Virus record (IMG/VR): IMGVR_UViG_3300001202_000002 | Span: 1 to 62,372 of that record | Source of the DNA: a virus | Length of the DNA stretch: 62,372 nucleotides | Strand: one strand, 5' to 3' | Shown: positions 60,562-62,372 of the stretch, piece after piece | Layout: the number at the start of each line of letters is the position of its first letter | Numbering within the stretch: position 1 is the first letter of the stretch | Notes under the pieces: model-generated | Seen by the model: only the letters and a program-made list of their open reading frames with translations | Database searches by the model: none | What the model was told of the DNA's origin: nothing | Translations under genes and position numbers: made by a program

Positions 60562-61874
60562 CCCATGCCTCGTAGTGTGGCTGCGATATCTTCGAAAGAT
60601 TCTGCTATATTCAACAGATCTACGTTACCCTTCTTAGGAGTAGGAGCTTTGAACGTCTCACCTGTTTCTTTGAGACTGATATCCGACCCCATAGGGTTCT
60701 TAATATCCCAGGCGCGAATGTGACGAGTGAGAAATTTGTCAGAGTCTATTCTATCCAGGTAGTCATAGATATTCTCACCGCTCAAACCATGATCGACGTT
60801 AGCTTCTCGTGAGAGAATCATGTACATCAATGTATCAATGGGAGTCAGTATGCTATCGCGAACCACTTCAACACCGTTACGGGACATTCTTACACGACCC
60901 TCAGTACCATCGTCGTTCTGTTCCCATGACAGGCCGAACGTGTGCCACTTGTTCTCGTTGATGTCATCAAAATGAATAGCGCCCTGCAAGTGTCCACGAG
61001 CGCGTTCTCCACCGTTAATATCAGGACCTTTGAAAGGTATTTCGTTAACAGTGTTACCCACTGACGCATGACCTCCCAAGCATTTCATGAAACACTTCTT
61101 CGAGAACTCTTCGTTGTTAGTGACTTCATGCTCAAACAAATCTATCTCTGTTCCGTTTATCTTATTGGCATCGTAAGCTGTGTTAGGCACGACAGGCATG
61201 AACCAATGAGAACCGCGATGTCCACCCATACCCATGAGAAAGAAGTTCACCATAATTTCAATGTACTTGTTCTTACCGTAAGTGCCATTATCAGGACCAT
61301 GCAACATAACTCCGTCCTGATAAACAACTTCGTTATTCTTAACAAGCTTAGTGCCGTCGGGGGTCCAGAAACGAGCGATACTCTGCAGCCATGACGTATG
61401 AATTTCCTGACTATTCAGAGGTGGTGCAGTGGGTTTAGTGTAATCAAAGGCTCTGATACTCGTGGGAAACAAAGCAGGCTTCTGTACAAGACAGCCGAGA
61501 CTTTTATCAACGTAATGAGTCTTCAGCATGTAGTGGTATCGTTCGGCATCAAATACCATACCATTATGTCTAGCCTCTAAGCTATCCCCGATAGGCTTAA
61601 ATTTACCCCGAATACCGTACATATTACAGGCTCGATCTGCATTTGCAATTTGCGGCATGAGAAGATCGTGAAAAGCGTTGTGTCTGCGAGCGGTTTTGAT
61701 ATCTTCGGAATGGAAGCTACCGTCGTGACCGCGCATAATGCACGCACGAACTTGATCAGGATCTGGCAAACACCTGTCTAATCCTGGAGGCATTGTCAAT
61801 GCGGTTCGTTCGAAGTCTATATTGGACGTAAGGTCGCCCAGAACCATACCTTTAAAAGGGAATGTAGGTTTCAT
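60558..61874 (-). CDS. GH16-like (concanavalin-type beta-glucanase fold) protein
   Basis: GTEIDLFEHE fits the GH16 catalytic E-x-D-x-x-E signature. Downstream WHTFGLSWEQ...RMSRNGVEV and YMILSREAN fit conserved GH16 strands. Confidence 0.5.
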   Translation of the reverse strand: MKPTFPFKGMVLGDLTSNIDFERTALTMPPGLDRCLPDPDQVRACIMRGHDGSFHSEDIKTARRHNAFHDLLMPQIANADRACNMYGIRGKFKPIGDSLEARHNGMVFDAERYHYMLKTHYVDKSLGCLVQKPALFPTSIRAFDYTKPTAPPLNSQEIHTSWLQSIARFWTPDGTKLVKNNEVVYQDGVMLHGPDNGTYGKNKYIEIMVNFFLMGMGGHRGSHWFMPVVPNTAYDANKINGTEIDLFEHEVTNNEEFSKKCFMKCLGGHASVGNTVNEIPFKGPDINGGERARGHLQGAIHFDDINENKWHTFGLSWEQNDDGTEGRVRMSRNGVEVVRDSILTPIDTLMYMILSREANVDHGLSGENIYDYLDRIDSDKFLTRHIRAWDIKNPMGSDISLKETGETFKAPTPKKGNVDLLNIAESFEDIAATLRGMG

Positions 61875-62164
61875 TTATCAGCCTCTCTAATATAATTTTT
61901 CTCTTCGGGATAGCACTCCGCCAGGGCTCGAAACACGAGTCTCCAAACGGAGTAGCTTTGTCTAGGGTAGTCGAACACTTCGCCTGCCCTGGCGGGTTGA
62001 ACTTTACCTCGTAACATAGAGATCATTGCACTACTCTTACGCATTACACGTACACGATAGTTTCCGCGTTTCGTATCCCCACCGATGTTATCTATAACCA
62101 TCTGACCGATGGTCTCTATCTTGCCTCCGATGGCTGAGTGCAATTCTACTTTAACTACTAGCAT
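61871..62164 (-). CDS. hypothetical protein
   Basis: Track ORF 61871..62191 trimmed to MLVVKVEL, just inside the ligase 3' end. Confidence 0.45.
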   Translation of the reverse strand: MLVVKVELHSAIGGKIETIGQMVIDNIGGDTKRGNYRVRVMRKSSAMISMLRGKVQPARAGEVFDYPRQSYSVWRLVFRALAECYPEEKNYIREADK

Positions 62165-62372
62165 GTTCTTCAACCCACTTACCGTCCACATTTCCGTAAG
62201 TCATCTTTACTCGATGTCGAAAAAGGTGGTAGTAGATAATTATACCTTCGGGATGATACGGACTGTCTTTGTGCTCGTTCCATAACGACATGAACGCATC
62301 GTCCACTATGGCGTCGCTATACGCACCGTTATACAACACCCGTACTTGCTCAACGCAGTCCGGTAAAGTTTC
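62151..62372 (-). CDS. RNA-ligase-like nucleotidyltransferase, 3' part (same gene as 1..532)
   Basis: ...LYNGAYSDAIVDD...HPEGIIIYYHLFRHRVKMT (ligase motif IV/V-like), with its stop at 62151. Nucleotides 62324..62372 duplicate nt 1..49. Confidence 0.7.
   Translation of the reverse strand, partial: ETLPDCVEQVRVLYNGAYSDAIVDDAFMSLWNEHKDSPYHPEGIIIYYHLFRHRVKMTYGNVDGKWVEEHASS
62324..62372. repeat. 49-bp terminal direct repeat, copy 2
   Basis: Identical to nt 1..49. Confidence 0.95.

Noticed and set aside
1-62372. Searched for integrase/recombinase, repressor-type lysogeny module, phage RNA polymerase, tail tube/sheath/tape measure, DNA methyltransferase, CRISPR arrays and rRNA
   Set aside because: No supporting motifs were seen in any track ORF, so none is reported. 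Absence judged by eye is weak evidence and needs profile searches.

Overview
The window appears to be a complete, circularly closed dsDNA phage genome of about 62.3 kb. Nucleotides 1..49 are identical to 62324..62372, and one minus-strand gene (an RNA-ligase-like nucleotidyltransferase) reads in frame across that junction. I saw no tail tube, sheath, tape-measure, integrase or phage RNA polymerase motifs, so a lytic podovirus-like phage is the most likely reading. There are two large transcription blocks. (1) The minus-strand early/replication block runs 17894 down to 1 and wraps to 62372..59521. It encodes a sigma-70/ECF-like factor, AEP primase plus SF3 helicase, a Lys/Pro/Ala tandem-repeat protein, an initiator-type tRNA-Met, a DnaJ-type zinc-finger miniprotein, a DUF2800-type nuclease, a DUF2815-type SSB, a small phi29-like family-B DNA polymerase, VRR-NUC, an SNF2 helicase, an HD hydrolase, a truncated beta-clamp-like protein, the RNA ligase, a GH16-like protein and an HNH endonuclease. 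(2) The plus-strand block runs 18967..59474. It encodes a dNMP kinase, an accessory islet with an HslV-like peptidase, and one inverted gene for an HTH-metallophosphoesterase. It continues with an M15 peptidase, a lipoprotein, TerS/TerL, portal, scaffold and major capsid. Next come three paralogous HNH endonucleases and large virion proteins, including a 1887-aa HExxH protein. The block ends with a holin-like protein and a signal-peptide-bearing repeat/CBM-like 765-aa protein. The blocks diverge at a ~1-kb non-coding control region (17895..18966) packed with TGTTATAAT extended -10 elements and short direct repeats. They converge at a bidirectional terminator (59497..59521). The observations most worth follow-up are: a shared acidic C-terminal ...[E/D]DI tail on six otherwise unrelated proteins; the half-size DnaN-like protein; the orphan HslV-like peptidase; the hairpin-bounded inverted HTH-phosphoesterase gene that lacks a canonical start codon; the initiator tRNA embedded in highly structured RNA; and the two carbohydrate-active-looking genes flanking the convergence point. 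All functional calls come from motif recognition by eye; no database search was run.
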